Below are positions 38,872-48,403 of a stretch of 64,000 nucleotides of DNA, one piece after another (positions within the stretch are counted from its first letter, which is position 1; each line of letters opens with the position of its first letter). The position numbers were made by a program, and so were the translations under genes. This stretch comes from an uncultured Lachnospiraceae bacterium (GTDB lineage Bacteria > Bacillota > Clostridia > Lachnospirales > Lachnospiraceae), in assembly GCA_910579225.1 (NCBI GenBank), contig CAJTTI010000003.1, positions 99,150 to 163,149 of the forward strand, read 5' to 3'. Under the pieces are notes generated by a model. The model saw nothing but the letters and a program-made list of their open reading frames with translations. It was not told the origin of the DNA and searched no databases.

Positions 38872-39969
38872 ATGGCAAGGCTGGGATTTTCAATCTATCC
38901 GGAACATTCGACACCAGAGCAGGATGTGAATTATATCCGCATGGCGGGAAAGTATGGGTTTGAACGTATATTCACCTGTCTTTTGAGTGTGTGGGACCAT
39001 ACGAAGGAGGAAGTGATCCGTGATTTCCGAATCCGTATTGATGCAGCCCATGAAGAGGGGATGGAGGTAATGCTGGATGTCAGTCCGGCCGTATTTAAGA
39101 GGCTTGGGACCTCTTATGATCAGCTGGATGCTTTTGTGGAAATGCATGCAGACGGGATCCGCCTGGATGAGGGCTTTAACGGAGTGCAGACCAGCGCCAT
39201 GACCTATAACCGGCAGGGGCTCAAAATCGAACTGAACGCCAGCACGGAGATGGGATTTATAGAGAATGTCATGACGCATCATCCGGACCGGAAGAAGATC
39301 GTGGCATGCCACAATTTCTATCCCCAGAAATATACAGGACTTGGGCTTACTCATTTTAACCGCTGCAATGAATTCATGAAAAAGCACAGCCTGACGGTGG
39401 CGGCATTTGTGTCCAGCAATGCAGAAGGGGCATACGGACCCTGGCCGGTCAATGAGGGCCTTTGCACGCTGGAGATGCACCGGGGCCTGCCGCTGGACTT
39501 CCAGGTGCGGCATCTCTTTGCCCTTGGAAATGTGGATGATATTCTGATTGCCAATGCGTATGCGACGGAGGAAGAACTGAAAGCATGTGCTGATGTCAAC
39601 CCATCGGTGCTGACCTTTGGACTTCTGCTGGAAAAGGAACTGACGAAGACGGAACAGGCGGTCCTTGACTTTACGCAGGGACATGTGGTTAGGGGTGATA
39701 TGAGCGAATATATGCTCCGCTCCACCTGGACAAGGGTAACATTTGCGGAAGCGTCTATCCCGGCAGAAAATACCAGAGATTTGGTGCGGGGAGATGTGGT
39801 GATCTTAAATGACGGTTATTCCAGATACAAAGGAGAGCTGCATATTGTATTAAAGGATATGCCGAATGACGGGCGTAAGAATGTCATCGGCCGCCTGCCG
39901 GAGTATGAGCACATCCTTCTGGATTATGCGGACCCGTGGAAGCCGTTTGCATTCACCGTCTGCGGATGA
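38872..39969 (+). CDS. DUF871 / MupG-family phospho-sugar glycosidase
   Basis: LGFSIYP, IFTCLL, DVSP, RLDEGF, ELNAS, CHNFYP..YTGL, TLEMHR; ATG 38872 after AAAGGAG. Confidence 0.85.
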   Translation: MARLGFSIYPEHSTPEQDVNYIRMAGKYGFERIFTCLLSVWDHTKEEVIRDFRIRIDAAHEEGMEVMLDVSPAVFKRLGTSYDQLDAFVEMHADGIRLDEGFNGVQTSAMTYNRQGLKIELNASTEMGFIENVMTHHPDRKKIVACHNFYPQKYTGLGLTHFNRCNEFMKKHSLTVAAFVSSNAEGAYGPWPVNEGLCTLEMHRGLPLDFQVRHLFALGNVDDILIANAYATEEELKACADVNPSVLTFGLLLEKELTKTEQAVLDFTQGHVVRGDMSEYMLRSTWTRVTFAEASIPAENTRDLVRGDVVILNDGYSRYKGELHIVLKDMPNDGRKNVIGRLPEYEHILLDYADPWKPFAFTVCG

Positions 39970-40000
39970 TCACCAGAGGAAAATACTGCAGGAGGGAGCT

Positions 40001-41911
40001 ATGCTGAACAGAAGACAGGAGCAGCTGATCAAACTTTTGACAGAGAAAAAAGAATGGATGACCAGTCGGGAACTGGCAGGATATCTCCACGTGACAGACC
40101 GTACGATCCGTTCCGATGTGGATGTGGTGAACCGGCAGGGAGAGCGTCCGCTGATCGAATCGAATGTCCGGAAGGGCTATCGTATGATTCAGAATGCCAG
40201 GCAGGAACCGAGAGATGCACAGGCTCAGGGAATGCCGCAGACGCCTGGAACCCGTTGTATTTATATTATCCAGAAGCTTCTCTTTGAGAGCCGGGAACTG
40301 AATCTGACGGATCTGCAGGGACAGATCTATGTCAGTGATTCTTCCATCCAGAATGACTTGAAGCGGATCCGGAAGATGATCGAACCTTATCCGGGCCTTA
40401 AACTGGTGCGTAGCCGGGAGTGTATCTCCCTTCAGGGGGATGAGATCAGCAAAAGAAGATTTTACCGGGAACTTCTGGTGGCGGAGGTTCAGGAAAATTT
40501 TCTGAATCTGAACCGTCTGGCGCACCTCTACCGGCATTTTGACCTGATTGAAGTGAAGGATATCTTTGTAAAAGTGCTGGAGGAATACGATTATTCCATC
40601 CATGAATCCCTGTTTTCCATGTTGATCCTTCATGCGGGCACCAGCATCGAGCGCATCCGGACCTGTCATTATATTCAGCCGGAAGAAGAGCAGCAGGGGC
40701 TGAAGGATACCATTGAATACCAGATCTCCCGGACTTTTTTCGAGCGGATTTCCAGCCGGCTTCATCTGGAGATCCAGGAGGGGGAGATTGGTATGTTCGC
40801 CCTTGTGATTATGGGGCGCCGGGCGTCCAACTATGCCAGTGATCATATTCGCCTTGGAGAGAGGTGGCTGAACATCCGCAGGCTTATGGAGGAAGCAATG
40901 ACGCGTTTGGAAGAAGTGTTCGGCGTGGATTTCAGTGGGGATGAAGATCTGGCAGCAGGTTTGAAGATCCATCTTCATGGTCTGGTGGAGCGGGTGAAAA
41001 ACCAGGTGATTCTGGAAGATATTTTTCTGGAGGAGATCAAGCAGAAGTATCCGCTGGTGTTCGAGATGGGTGTCTGCATCGTGAGTTATCTGGAAGAACA
41101 GCTGGACATTCGGATTGGGGATATGGAGAGCGGTTTTATCGCCCTTCATCTGGGGGCAGCCAGTGAGCGGATGAACTCGGTGAGGAAATACCGGGTGGTT
41201 ATGATCATGCCCCACAATCAGGTCTTCTCGGAAATGTGTGAAAGGCGAATCCTGGAGCTTTATCAGGAGCGGATAGAGATCGTCCAAAAATCTTCTTATT
41301 TCGAAGAGGAAGAGATCCGATTGCTGGAACCCGATTTGGTGTTGACGACGTTTCCTATTGAGCATAAACTGGATATCCCTACAGTATCCATCAGTCTTTT
41401 TGTGGATCCGGAGACAGAGGCAAGTATCTTGCAGGCGCTGAATCTCCTGGATAAGAAGCGCTTTCGGCTGGAATTTACTTCACATATGGGACACCTGATA
41501 CGAAAGGAACACTACTATTCGGATCTGGATGCGCAGTCACCGGAAGAAGTGATCCGATGCCTCTGTGGAGGACTTGAGAAAGAAGGGATTGTAGACAAGC
41601 ATTTTCAGGATATTGTGCTGGAAAGGGAGCGTATGACACCCACTTCCTTTGCCAATGCACTGGCGATCCCTCATGCCTTTCAGGTGTATGCGAGCCGGTC
41701 CACCATTGCAGTGGCACAGTTGCGCAGTCCAATTCCGTGGGGAACGTTTGAAGTAAGGCTGGTTATGCTCTTTGCCATCAATGAAGGGGATCAGAGGATG
41801 ATTAAGATTTTCTTTGATTGGGTGTCAGACATTGTCAGCCGCCCGGAGGAACTGGCAAAGCTGACGGAGCGCTGCTCCTATGAGGAATTTACGGAACGGG
41901 TTATGGAATGA
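40001..41911 (+). CDS. PRD-containing transcriptional activator (LicR/MtlR family; HTH-PRD-PRD-EIIB-EIIA)
   Basis: VTDRTIRSD HTH, PRD histidines (LILH, LKIH, IALH), C-terminal EIIA ERE..PT...AIPH. Confidence 0.92.
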   Translation: MLNRRQEQLIKLLTEKKEWMTSRELAGYLHVTDRTIRSDVDVVNRQGERPLIESNVRKGYRMIQNARQEPRDAQAQGMPQTPGTRCIYIIQKLLFESRELNLTDLQGQIYVSDSSIQNDLKRIRKMIEPYPGLKLVRSRECISLQGDEISKRRFYRELLVAEVQENFLNLNRLAHLYRHFDLIEVKDIFVKVLEEYDYSIHESLFSMLILHAGTSIERIRTCHYIQPEEEQQGLKDTIEYQISRTFFERISSRLHLEIQEGEIGMFALVIMGRRASNYASDHIRLGERWLNIRRLMEEAMTRLEEVFGVDFSGDEDLAAGLKIHLHGLVERVKNQVILEDIFLEEIKQKYPLVFEMGVCIVSYLEEQLDIRIGDMESGFIALHLGAASERMNSVRKYRVVMIMPHNQVFSEMCERRILELYQERIEIVQKSSYFEEEEIRLLEPDLVLTTFPIEHKLDIPTVSISLFVDPETEASILQALNLLDKKRFRLEFTSHMGHLIRKEHYYSDLDAQSPEEVIRCLCGGLEKEGIVDKHFQDIVLERERMTPTSFANALAIPHAFQVYASRSTIAVAQLRSPIPWGTFEVRLVMLFAINEGDQRMIKIFFDWVSDIVSRPEELAKLTERCSYEEFTERVME

Positions 41912-41915
41912 ACAG

Positions 41916-41953
41916 GCGGGCTGCCGGATGAGATATCACGGCAGCCCGTTTTT
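41916..41953 (+). terminator. Intrinsic terminator
   Basis: gcgggctgccg / cggcagcccgt stem followed by a T run. Confidence 0.8.
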
Positions 41954-42006
41954 CAGCGCCCATTTCCACAGACTGCCAAGCGCTCGCCGGTACCCGGCCG
42001 CCCTGA

Positions 42007-42580
42007 TCAGACGTCCTCCAGCAGTCCATATTCCCGGTACAGCCTCATCCGGGCAGTCTGGTCCGATATAGCGAGATGGACGTCCTCCTGCCGGTGATCT
42101 GCGAGCAGGCGGTTCAAGAGTTCGGACAGAAGCGTTTCATCTTCCATGCGGCTTTCTTTCTCTTCCGATTTCCCGTTCTTCTCTTCGAATATATTCCATG
42201 GTTTTCTGTTCGTCATATTCTGCAAGCAACATTTCAAGCACCTCCGTCCGGCATCTTGCCAGCAGGTCCGACAGGATTTCCTGCCTTTCGCAGGTATCCA
42301 TGGCGCACTGGACAGCCCCGTGGATCTGCATCCCGTCTTTCAGATTGTTTCTGATGCATTCAATAAATTCTGCATATTCCCAAAGTCTACGGCACTGCTC
42401 CATCAGTTCCCGGTTGTGTCCCTGGTTGATGTTCAGCACCCGGACCCGGCATTCTACGGCCGGAGTGCAGTCCTGATCCGGAAGCAGAAAAGCTTCTGAA
42501 AGACAAAGCATGGTTTCGTCAGGCTCTTCTGCATTTCCATTGTAGAATACTACATAATTGGGAAAGGGAAGGGGAGTGCG
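42007..42580 (-). pseudogene. Remnant of an Rpn/PD-(D/E)xK transposase-like gene: N-terminus lost, frameshift near 42157
   Basis: LPFPNYVVFYNG...VLNINQGHN.ELM..C..L.EYA.F...MLLAEYDE. Removing one base gives GREESRMEDET and joins the 42007..42237 frame. Confidence 0.7.
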
Positions 42581-42785
42581 TTGTACAGATCCAGAAGATT
42601 CCTTCGGTCCTGAAAGGCGAGACGGAACAGGCGGTCTTTGTGGTTTCGGTTGACAGGCTGCGTTTTTGCGTATGTCTGACAAGGGGGGACTGTAAGGCTG
42701 ACAGGAAGCTTTTTCTGGAGCAGGGGCGGTGATCTTTGTCAAAATTGCCGGTTTCCGGACGGTTTTTACTGAGGAAACGGGCAAA

Positions 42786-42842
42786 TTTCCTAACAGCTAG
42801 GAAACGGATTGACTGCATAGTCCGGTATTTTTGTTTTATACT
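42786..42842 (+). promoter_or_regulatory. Operator TTTCCTA-ACAGC-TAGGAAA plus -10 box (copy 2)
   Basis: Palindrome at 42786-42804, TATACT at 42837; same spacing as copy 1. Confidence 0.75.
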
Positions 42843-42874
42843 AAGACCAGATAAAAGAAAGGAGGAGCATGCGG

Positions 42875-43207
42875 GTGGAAGGATTAGAGATGACCTGTTT
42901 TCAGATCATATCCAGCGTGGGAACGGCACGTTCCAGTTACATTGAGGCGATCCAGAAGGCAAAGGCCGGGGATTTTGAGGGGGCAAAAGACTGTCTGGAA
43001 GCAGGGCAGCAGGAGTTCCTGAAAGGACATGAAGCACATTTTGGACTGCTTCAGAAGGAGACCAACGGTGAGATGGTGGGAGGCTCCCTGCTTTTGATCC
43101 ATGCGGAGGATCAGCTTATGAGTGCCGAAGGTTTTAAGATCATTGCAGAAGAGATGATCGCAGCGTACAGACGAATTGACGAACTGGAAAAAAAGCTGGC
43201 ACAGTAG
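42875..43207 (+). CDS. PTS lactose/cellobiose-family EIIA
   Basis: GTARS, LLLIHAEDQLM phospho-His motif; GTG start after AAGGAGGAG. Confidence 0.93.
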   Translation: MEGLEMTCFQIISSVGTARSSYIEAIQKAKAGDFEGAKDCLEAGQQEFLKGHEAHFGLLQKETNGEMVGGSLLLIHAEDQLMSAEGFKIIAEEMIAAYRRIDELEKKLAQ

Positions 43208-43236
43208 CCGGAAGGAGACAGTGCCAGGCAGTTTAA

Positions 43237-43451
43237 GAAAAACAGCATCTGACCGAAAGCATCCCCGGAAGGATTTTACGGAACGGAGTGAAGGAAAATA
43301 CTTCCAGACGGTGGGGAGAAGAGAGGGCAGATGCGGAACTTAATGAAAAACAGCATCTGACCGAAAGCATCCCCGGAAGGATTTTACGGAACGGAGTGAA
43401 GGAAAATACTTCCAGACGGTGGGGAGAAGAGAGGGCAGATGCGGAACTTAA
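43237..43451 (+). repeat. Tandem duplication of a 107-bp hairpin unit (period 108)
   Basis: 43237-43343 and 43345-43451 are identical; each is gaaaaacagcatctg...cagatgcggaacttaa. Confidence 0.95.
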
Positions 43452-43470
43452 ATAAAGGAGAGCATGTTTT

Positions 43471-43791
43471 ATGAAAAGAGTGTATTTATTCTGCAGTGCG
43501 GGGATGTCGACCAGCATGCTGGCGAGCAAGATGCAGGGGGTGGCGACAGACCACGGGCTTCCCATTGAAGTGGAGGCATTTCCGGATGGAAAGATTGCAC
43601 AGATCGTGGAGGAAAAGCATCCCGACGTGATCCTCTTAGGACCTCAGGTGAAATACCGTTATCAGGAGGTGGTGGACAAATTCGGTTCCACCGGCATTCC
43701 CATTGCTGTCATTGACCAGACCGCATATGGAATGATGGATGGGGAAAAGGTACTGAAAACAGCCATCAAAATGATGAAGGCAGCAAAATAG
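43471..43791 (+). CDS. PTS lactose/cellobiose-family EIIB
   Basis: CSAGMSTS, LLGPQV, YGMMDG. Confidence 0.95.
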   Translation: MKRVYLFCSAGMSTSMLASKMQGVATDHGLPIEVEAFPDGKIAQIVEEKHPDVILLGPQVKYRYQEVVDKFGSTGIPIAVIDQTAYGMMDGEKVLKTAIKMMKAAK

Positions 43792-43817
43792 CTGCAGAAC
43801 AATAACAGGGGGAAAAG

Positions 43818-45155
43818 TTGATGTTACAAAAATTAGAGAGTTTTTTCATGCCGCTGGCAGAAAAAATCGGAAAGAATAAGTATCTGATTGCCGTCAGAGA
43901 CGGTTTTCTGTTATCCATGCCGCTGCTGATCGTAGGATCTTTTTTCCTGCTGATCGCCAACTTCCCGATTCCGGGGTGGGCTGAATTCTGGGGACAGTTT
44001 TTCGGGGAAAACTGGACCTCCTATTTTTCAAAACCCACAGATGCTACCTTCTCCATTATGGCCATTCTGGCAGTGGTGGGAATCGGATATTCTTTTGCAG
44101 AGCAGATGAAGGTGGACCGGCTGTTCGGAGCAGCCATCTCGCTGGTGTGCTGGTTTTTGATCATGCCGTATCAGATTCTGTTTGAAGAGTCCGTGGTATC
44201 CGGTATCCCGCTGGGATGGGTCGGTTCCAAAGGTATCTTTGTGGGCATCATCTGTGCCTTTCTGGCAGTCCATGTGTATGCATGGGTGGACAGCAGGGGC
44301 TGGGTCATCAAGATGCCCGACGGCGTGCCGCCGACCGTGGAAAAATCCTTCGCGGCTTTGATCCCGGCGGGAATGTCCGTGCTGGTGTTCTTCATCATCA
44401 ACGTGGTCTTTGCCATGACGCCTTACGGCAATGCCTTTGATTTCGTATTTGAGATTTTGCAGACACCGCTTCTGGCTCTTGGAAATACCCTTCCGGCCAT
44501 GGTGATTGCATACATTTTCCTGCACTTCTTCTGGTTCTTCGGCGTCAACGGCGGTTCCGTGGTAGGTGCAGTATTCAACCCGATTCTGCAGACTTTGTCC
44601 GCAGAGAATCTGGCGGCATTCCAGGCGGGAGATGCCATGCCGAACATTATCTGTCAGCAGTTTCAGGACCTGTTTGCAACCTTCGGGGGAGCCGGCTCCA
44701 CACTTTCGCTTCTGATCGCCATGCTGCTCTTCTGCAAGTCCAAGCGGATCAAGGAGCTTGGTAAACTGGCGATTATTCCGGGATGCTTTGGTATCAATGA
44801 GCCGATCATCTTCGGACTTCCGATCCTGCTGAACCCGATGATGCTGATTCCGTTCATGCTGGTGCCGACGATTAATATTATTATTTCCTATATTTGTATG
44901 AGCATTGGTCTGGTACCCATCTGTACCGGAGTTGCGATTCCCTGGACCATGCCGGTTATCATCTCCGGATTTTTGTCCACCGGATGGCAGGGCGCAGTTT
45001 TGCAGGCGCTGCTTCTGATCCTGGGAGTCTTCCTGTATATGCCGTTTATCAAGATGATGGATAAGCAGTATCTGGCGGATGAGACGAGGGGAACGGACGA
45101 GACAGAGGATGAGGACGATTTCTCACTGGATGATCTGTCCTTTGACGATATGTAA
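43818..45155 (+). CDS. PTS lactose/cellobiose-family EIIC
   Basis: AVRDGF, KMPDGVPP.V..SF, FWFFGVNG, FGINEPIIFGLP; acidic C-terminal tail. Confidence 0.95.
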   Translation: MMLQKLESFFMPLAEKIGKNKYLIAVRDGFLLSMPLLIVGSFFLLIANFPIPGWAEFWGQFFGENWTSYFSKPTDATFSIMAILAVVGIGYSFAEQMKVDRLFGAAISLVCWFLIMPYQILFEESVVSGIPLGWVGSKGIFVGIICAFLAVHVYAWVDSRGWVIKMPDGVPPTVEKSFAALIPAGMSVLVFFIINVVFAMTPYGNAFDFVFEILQTPLLALGNTLPAMVIAYIFLHFFWFFGVNGGSVVGAVFNPILQTLSAENLAAFQAGDAMPNIICQQFQDLFATFGGAGSTLSLLIAMLLFCKSKRIKELGKLAIIPGCFGINEPIIFGLPILLNPMMLIPFMLVPTINIIISYICMSIGLVPICTGVAIPWTMPVIISGFLSTGWQGAVLQALLLILGVFLYMPFIKMMDKQYLADETRGTDETEDEDDFSLDDLSFDDM

Positions 45156-45188
45156 GAAAGACAAGTACAATGACTATGGAGGGATACC

Positions 45189-45713
45189 ATGAAGATTGTG
45201 ATGATATTTGACCAGATCCAGTCCGGACTTGGGACGAAGGATGACACCATGGTGCCGCTGACCGGAAAAAAGGAGGCAGTGGGACCGGCGGTGATGATGC
45301 AGCCGTTTCTGAAGGAGACCGGCGGACGGGTCATGGCGTGCCTGTGCTGCGGCAACGGAACCTATCTGGCAGATCCGGACGAAGTGAGCCGGAAGCTGTG
45401 TGCCATGGTAAATAAAGTAAAACCGGACATTGTGATCTGCGGACCGGCATTTAACTACGCAGATTATGCTGCCATGTGTGCGCGGGTGGCGGACGATATC
45501 AACCGGACTACGGAGGTAAAGGCATTTGCGGCCATGTCTCAGGAGAACGAGGAGACCATCGCTGCCTATAAGGATAAGGTGATGATCGTGAAGACACCGA
45601 AGAAGGGCGGCATGGGACTCAATGATTCTCTGAAACATATCTGTCAGGTGGCAAAGGCGCTGGCGGATGGAGATCCGGGACTGGAAGCGCTGAAGCAGAG
45701 CGTCTGCTTCTAA
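45189..45713 (+). CDS. GrdB-related protein (N-terminal glycine/proline reductase B-like domain only)
   Basis: DQIQSGLG, CCGNG, ICGPAFNY resemble the GrdB/PrdB N-terminus; 174 aa. Confidence 0.65.
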   Translation: MKIVMIFDQIQSGLGTKDDTMVPLTGKKEAVGPAVMMQPFLKETGGRVMACLCCGNGTYLADPDEVSRKLCAMVNKVKPDIVICGPAFNYADYAAMCARVADDINRTTEVKAFAAMSQENEETIAAYKDKVMIVKTPKKGGMGLNDSLKHICQVAKALADGDPGLEALKQSVCF

Positions 45714-46055
45714 AAGGGCCGAATGCTGTAAAGGATGCCGAAGAGGACGCCGCCGGGAAGGAATGGATGCTGTCTGGCAGGCGCGGGCAACGCAGGACTG
45801 AACGAACTTCTGACTTCGACTAAGACGCTCCAAAGAGCTGTCGCGCCTGAGTCTGTGTAAGAGGTGGACTTTATTCCTGCCAAGAACGCCCTTGAACGCC
45901 TGCCTGCCGGTATCCGCTCCCTTCCGGCGGCCGGGTTTTGGCAGGCGAAACAGAGTATGATCGGGGCTGCTTTGGAATCTGAAATTCAGATTTGCCACCC
46001 GGGTTTCGGAAATATTAAGAGAAAGTTGTAAATATTTGACAGGAGGGATAAGATC

Positions 46056-47015
46056 ATGTGGGGAATGATCGCAACATGGAGAATGGCGGCGGAAGGCGTG
46101 GAAAAGGGCGCGCATATGCTGGCAGAAGGACAGAATGCGGGAGACGCCATTGAGACGGCCATCCGGGAGGTGGAGGATTTTCCATATTATAAATCGGTGG
46201 GTTACGGCGGACTGCCCAATGAAGAGATGGAAGTGGAGCTGGATGCGGCGTATATGGACGGAGATACGCTGGATATCGGCGCGGTGGCGGCAGTAAAGGA
46301 CTATGCCAATCCGGTATCCATCGCCAGACGCTTAAGCCGGGAAAAGGTAAACAGCATGCTGGTGGGAGAGGGCGCGGAGAAATTTGCCCATAAAGAAGGT
46401 TTTGAACGGAAGAACATGCTGACAGACCGGGCGAAGACCCATTATCGGAACCGGGTGAAGGAGCAGCGGGAGCTGGAGCTGAAACCTTACTCCGGACATG
46501 ATACGGTCGGCATGGTCTGTCTGGACAGCGCCGGAAAAGTGACGGCGGCCACATCCACCAGCGGTCTGTTTATGAAGAAAAAAGGCCGGGTGGGGGATTC
46601 GCCCATCGCCGGTTCCGGATTCTATGCGGACAGCAAAGTGGGCGGTGCCAGTGCCACAGGTCTTGGGGAAGACCTGATGAAGGGCTGCATTTCCTATGAG
46701 ATTGTCCGGCTGATGAAGGAGGGCATGCATCCGCAGGAGGCCTGTGAGACGGCGGTAAACCGTCTGGACGCAGAACTGAAGGAGCGGCGCGGCGCAGCGG
46801 GGGATCTGTCGCTGATCGCCATGAACAAGGAAGGCGAATGGGGCGTTGCAACGAACATCGAAGGATTTTCCTTTGCGGTGGTGACCGAAGGAAAAGACCC
46901 TCAGGTGTATCTGGTGGAGCGTCAGGAAGACGGCCGCTGTACGTATGCGCCTGCATCTCAGGAATGGATGGAGGAATATATGCGGACCCGTATGGCGCCG
47001 GTTGTCGAGGTGTAA
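46056..47015 (+). CDS. N4-(beta-N-acetylglucosaminyl)-L-asparaginase (glycosylasparaginase, Ntn hydrolase)
   Basis: SVGYGGLPN, ELDAAYMDG, autocleavage site HD/TVG, TSTSG, GRVGDSP, ATGLGE. Confidence 0.9.
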   Translation: MWGMIATWRMAAEGVEKGAHMLAEGQNAGDAIETAIREVEDFPYYKSVGYGGLPNEEMEVELDAAYMDGDTLDIGAVAAVKDYANPVSIARRLSREKVNSMLVGEGAEKFAHKEGFERKNMLTDRAKTHYRNRVKEQRELELKPYSGHDTVGMVCLDSAGKVTAATSTSGLFMKKKGRVGDSPIAGSGFYADSKVGGASATGLGEDLMKGCISYEIVRLMKEGMHPQEACETAVNRLDAELKERRGAAGDLSLIAMNKEGEWGVATNIEGFSFAVVTEGKDPQVYLVERQEDGRCTYAPASQEWMEEYMRTRMAPVVEV

Positions 47016-47262
47016 GGATACCGGGACAATTGTCACAATTCCGGCTGCCGCCGGGAAGGGCAGATAACCGTTGTCATGTCTGGTCTGTCTGCGCAGCATC
47101 CGGCGTGAACGGATCTGGAGAGAAAACGGGTTTTGTCTGTCTCATAAGTCCGTCTGAGGCGGACATCCCGGTTTTTCAGCAGCTGAAAGCTACACAGTGC
47201 TGCGCAAAGATACAGACAGACTCATGATTTGCAGACTGGCCGGGAAAAAGGGGGAGAGATCT

Positions 47263-48363
47263 GTGGAACAGAGAATTTTGAAAAAAGTAGAGTTACTGAA
47301 AGAACAGATGATGGAGGATATCCTGGAACTGGTGCGGATTGACAGTGTGGAGACGGAAGCGCAGCCGGGTGCACCTTTTGGGCCAGGGGTCAAAAAGGCA
47401 CTTCAGAAGGCGCTGGAGATGGGGGAGCGTCTGGGCTTTCGGACTGTGAATCTCAACAATTACATGGGCTATGTGGAGTACGGAAAAGGGGACGATTATG
47501 TGTGCGCCATCGGCCATGTGGATGTGGTTCCTCCCGGAGACGGATGGAAACAGCCGCCTTTTGCAGGATACGCAGAGGATGGTGTGCTGTATGGCCGGGG
47601 GGTTCTGGACAATAAGGGACCGATTCTTGCCTGCCTGTACGGGCTGTACGCGCTGAAGAAACTGGGGTATGAACCAAAGCATCGGGTGCGGATCATCTTC
47701 GGGTGCGATGAAGAGTCGGGATTTGAGGATCTGTGTTATTATCTGTCGAAGGAACAGCCTCCGGTATACGGATTTACGCCGGACTGCAAATTTCCGGTGG
47801 TGTATGCGGAGCGGGGACGCGCCGTGATCCGTGTGGAAGCAAAAGAGGCAGGACCGTTCTGTGATTTTGTGACACAGTATTTTATCGGCGCAAAAAATAC
47901 CGGAGACAGGCTGGGCATCGATTTTTCCCATCCGGAATACGGCGTTATGGAGATGCGCAATTATAAGCTGTGGATGAACGGGCAGACGCTTTCTTTTGAA
48001 GCGGCGCTCAGTTATCCGGCCGGCCATACCATTGATGAAATTCTGGAAAGGATCCGGGAAAAAGCGGGGGACCAGAAGGTTACGCTTGTACAGAACTATG
48101 ATCCGGTGGTATTTGATAAGGAAAGTCCCATGGTACAGGCACTGAAGGAATGTTATGAGCTGGTGACTGGAGAAGACGGGACACCGGTGACGACAACCGG
48201 AGGCACATATGCCAAGGCCATGCCCGGGATCGTGCCATTTGGTCCGAGTTTTGCGGGACAAAAAGGTATCGGACACAATCCCAACGAATGGATGAAAGAG
48301 ACGGACCTGATAAAAAATGCAAAAATCTATGCATTGGGGCTTTACCGTCTGGGACTTTTGTAG
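47263..48363 (+). CDS. M20/Sapep-family dipeptidase (PepV-like)
   Basis: GHVDVVP, GRGVLDNKGP, DEESG, GGTYAK, HNPNE; GTG start after GGGGAG. Confidence 0.88.
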   Translation: MEQRILKKVELLKEQMMEDILELVRIDSVETEAQPGAPFGPGVKKALQKALEMGERLGFRTVNLNNYMGYVEYGKGDDYVCAIGHVDVVPPGDGWKQPPFAGYAEDGVLYGRGVLDNKGPILACLYGLYALKKLGYEPKHRVRIIFGCDEESGFEDLCYYLSKEQPPVYGFTPDCKFPVVYAERGRAVIRVEAKEAGPFCDFVTQYFIGAKNTGDRLGIDFSHPEYGVMEMRNYKLWMNGQTLSFEAALSYPAGHTIDEILERIREKAGDQKVTLVQNYDPVVFDKESPMVQALKECYELVTGEDGTPVTTTGGTYAKAMPGIVPFGPSFAGQKGIGHNPNEWMKETDLIKNAKIYALGLYRLGLL

Positions 48364-48403
48364 TATATATAGTTTAATGTATGAAAATTGCCGGAAATGC
48401 ATG

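Noticed and set aside
43237..43451. Possible CRISPR array
   Set aside because: Only two long identical units, no unique spacers and no cas genes.
43233..43565. 110-aa minus-strand ORF with an internal repeat
   Set aside because: It is a by-product of the 108-bp tandem duplication and overlaps EIIB antisense.
45189..45713. Selenocysteine read-through in the GrdB-like gene
   Set aside because: The ORF ends in TAA and has no in-frame TGA.
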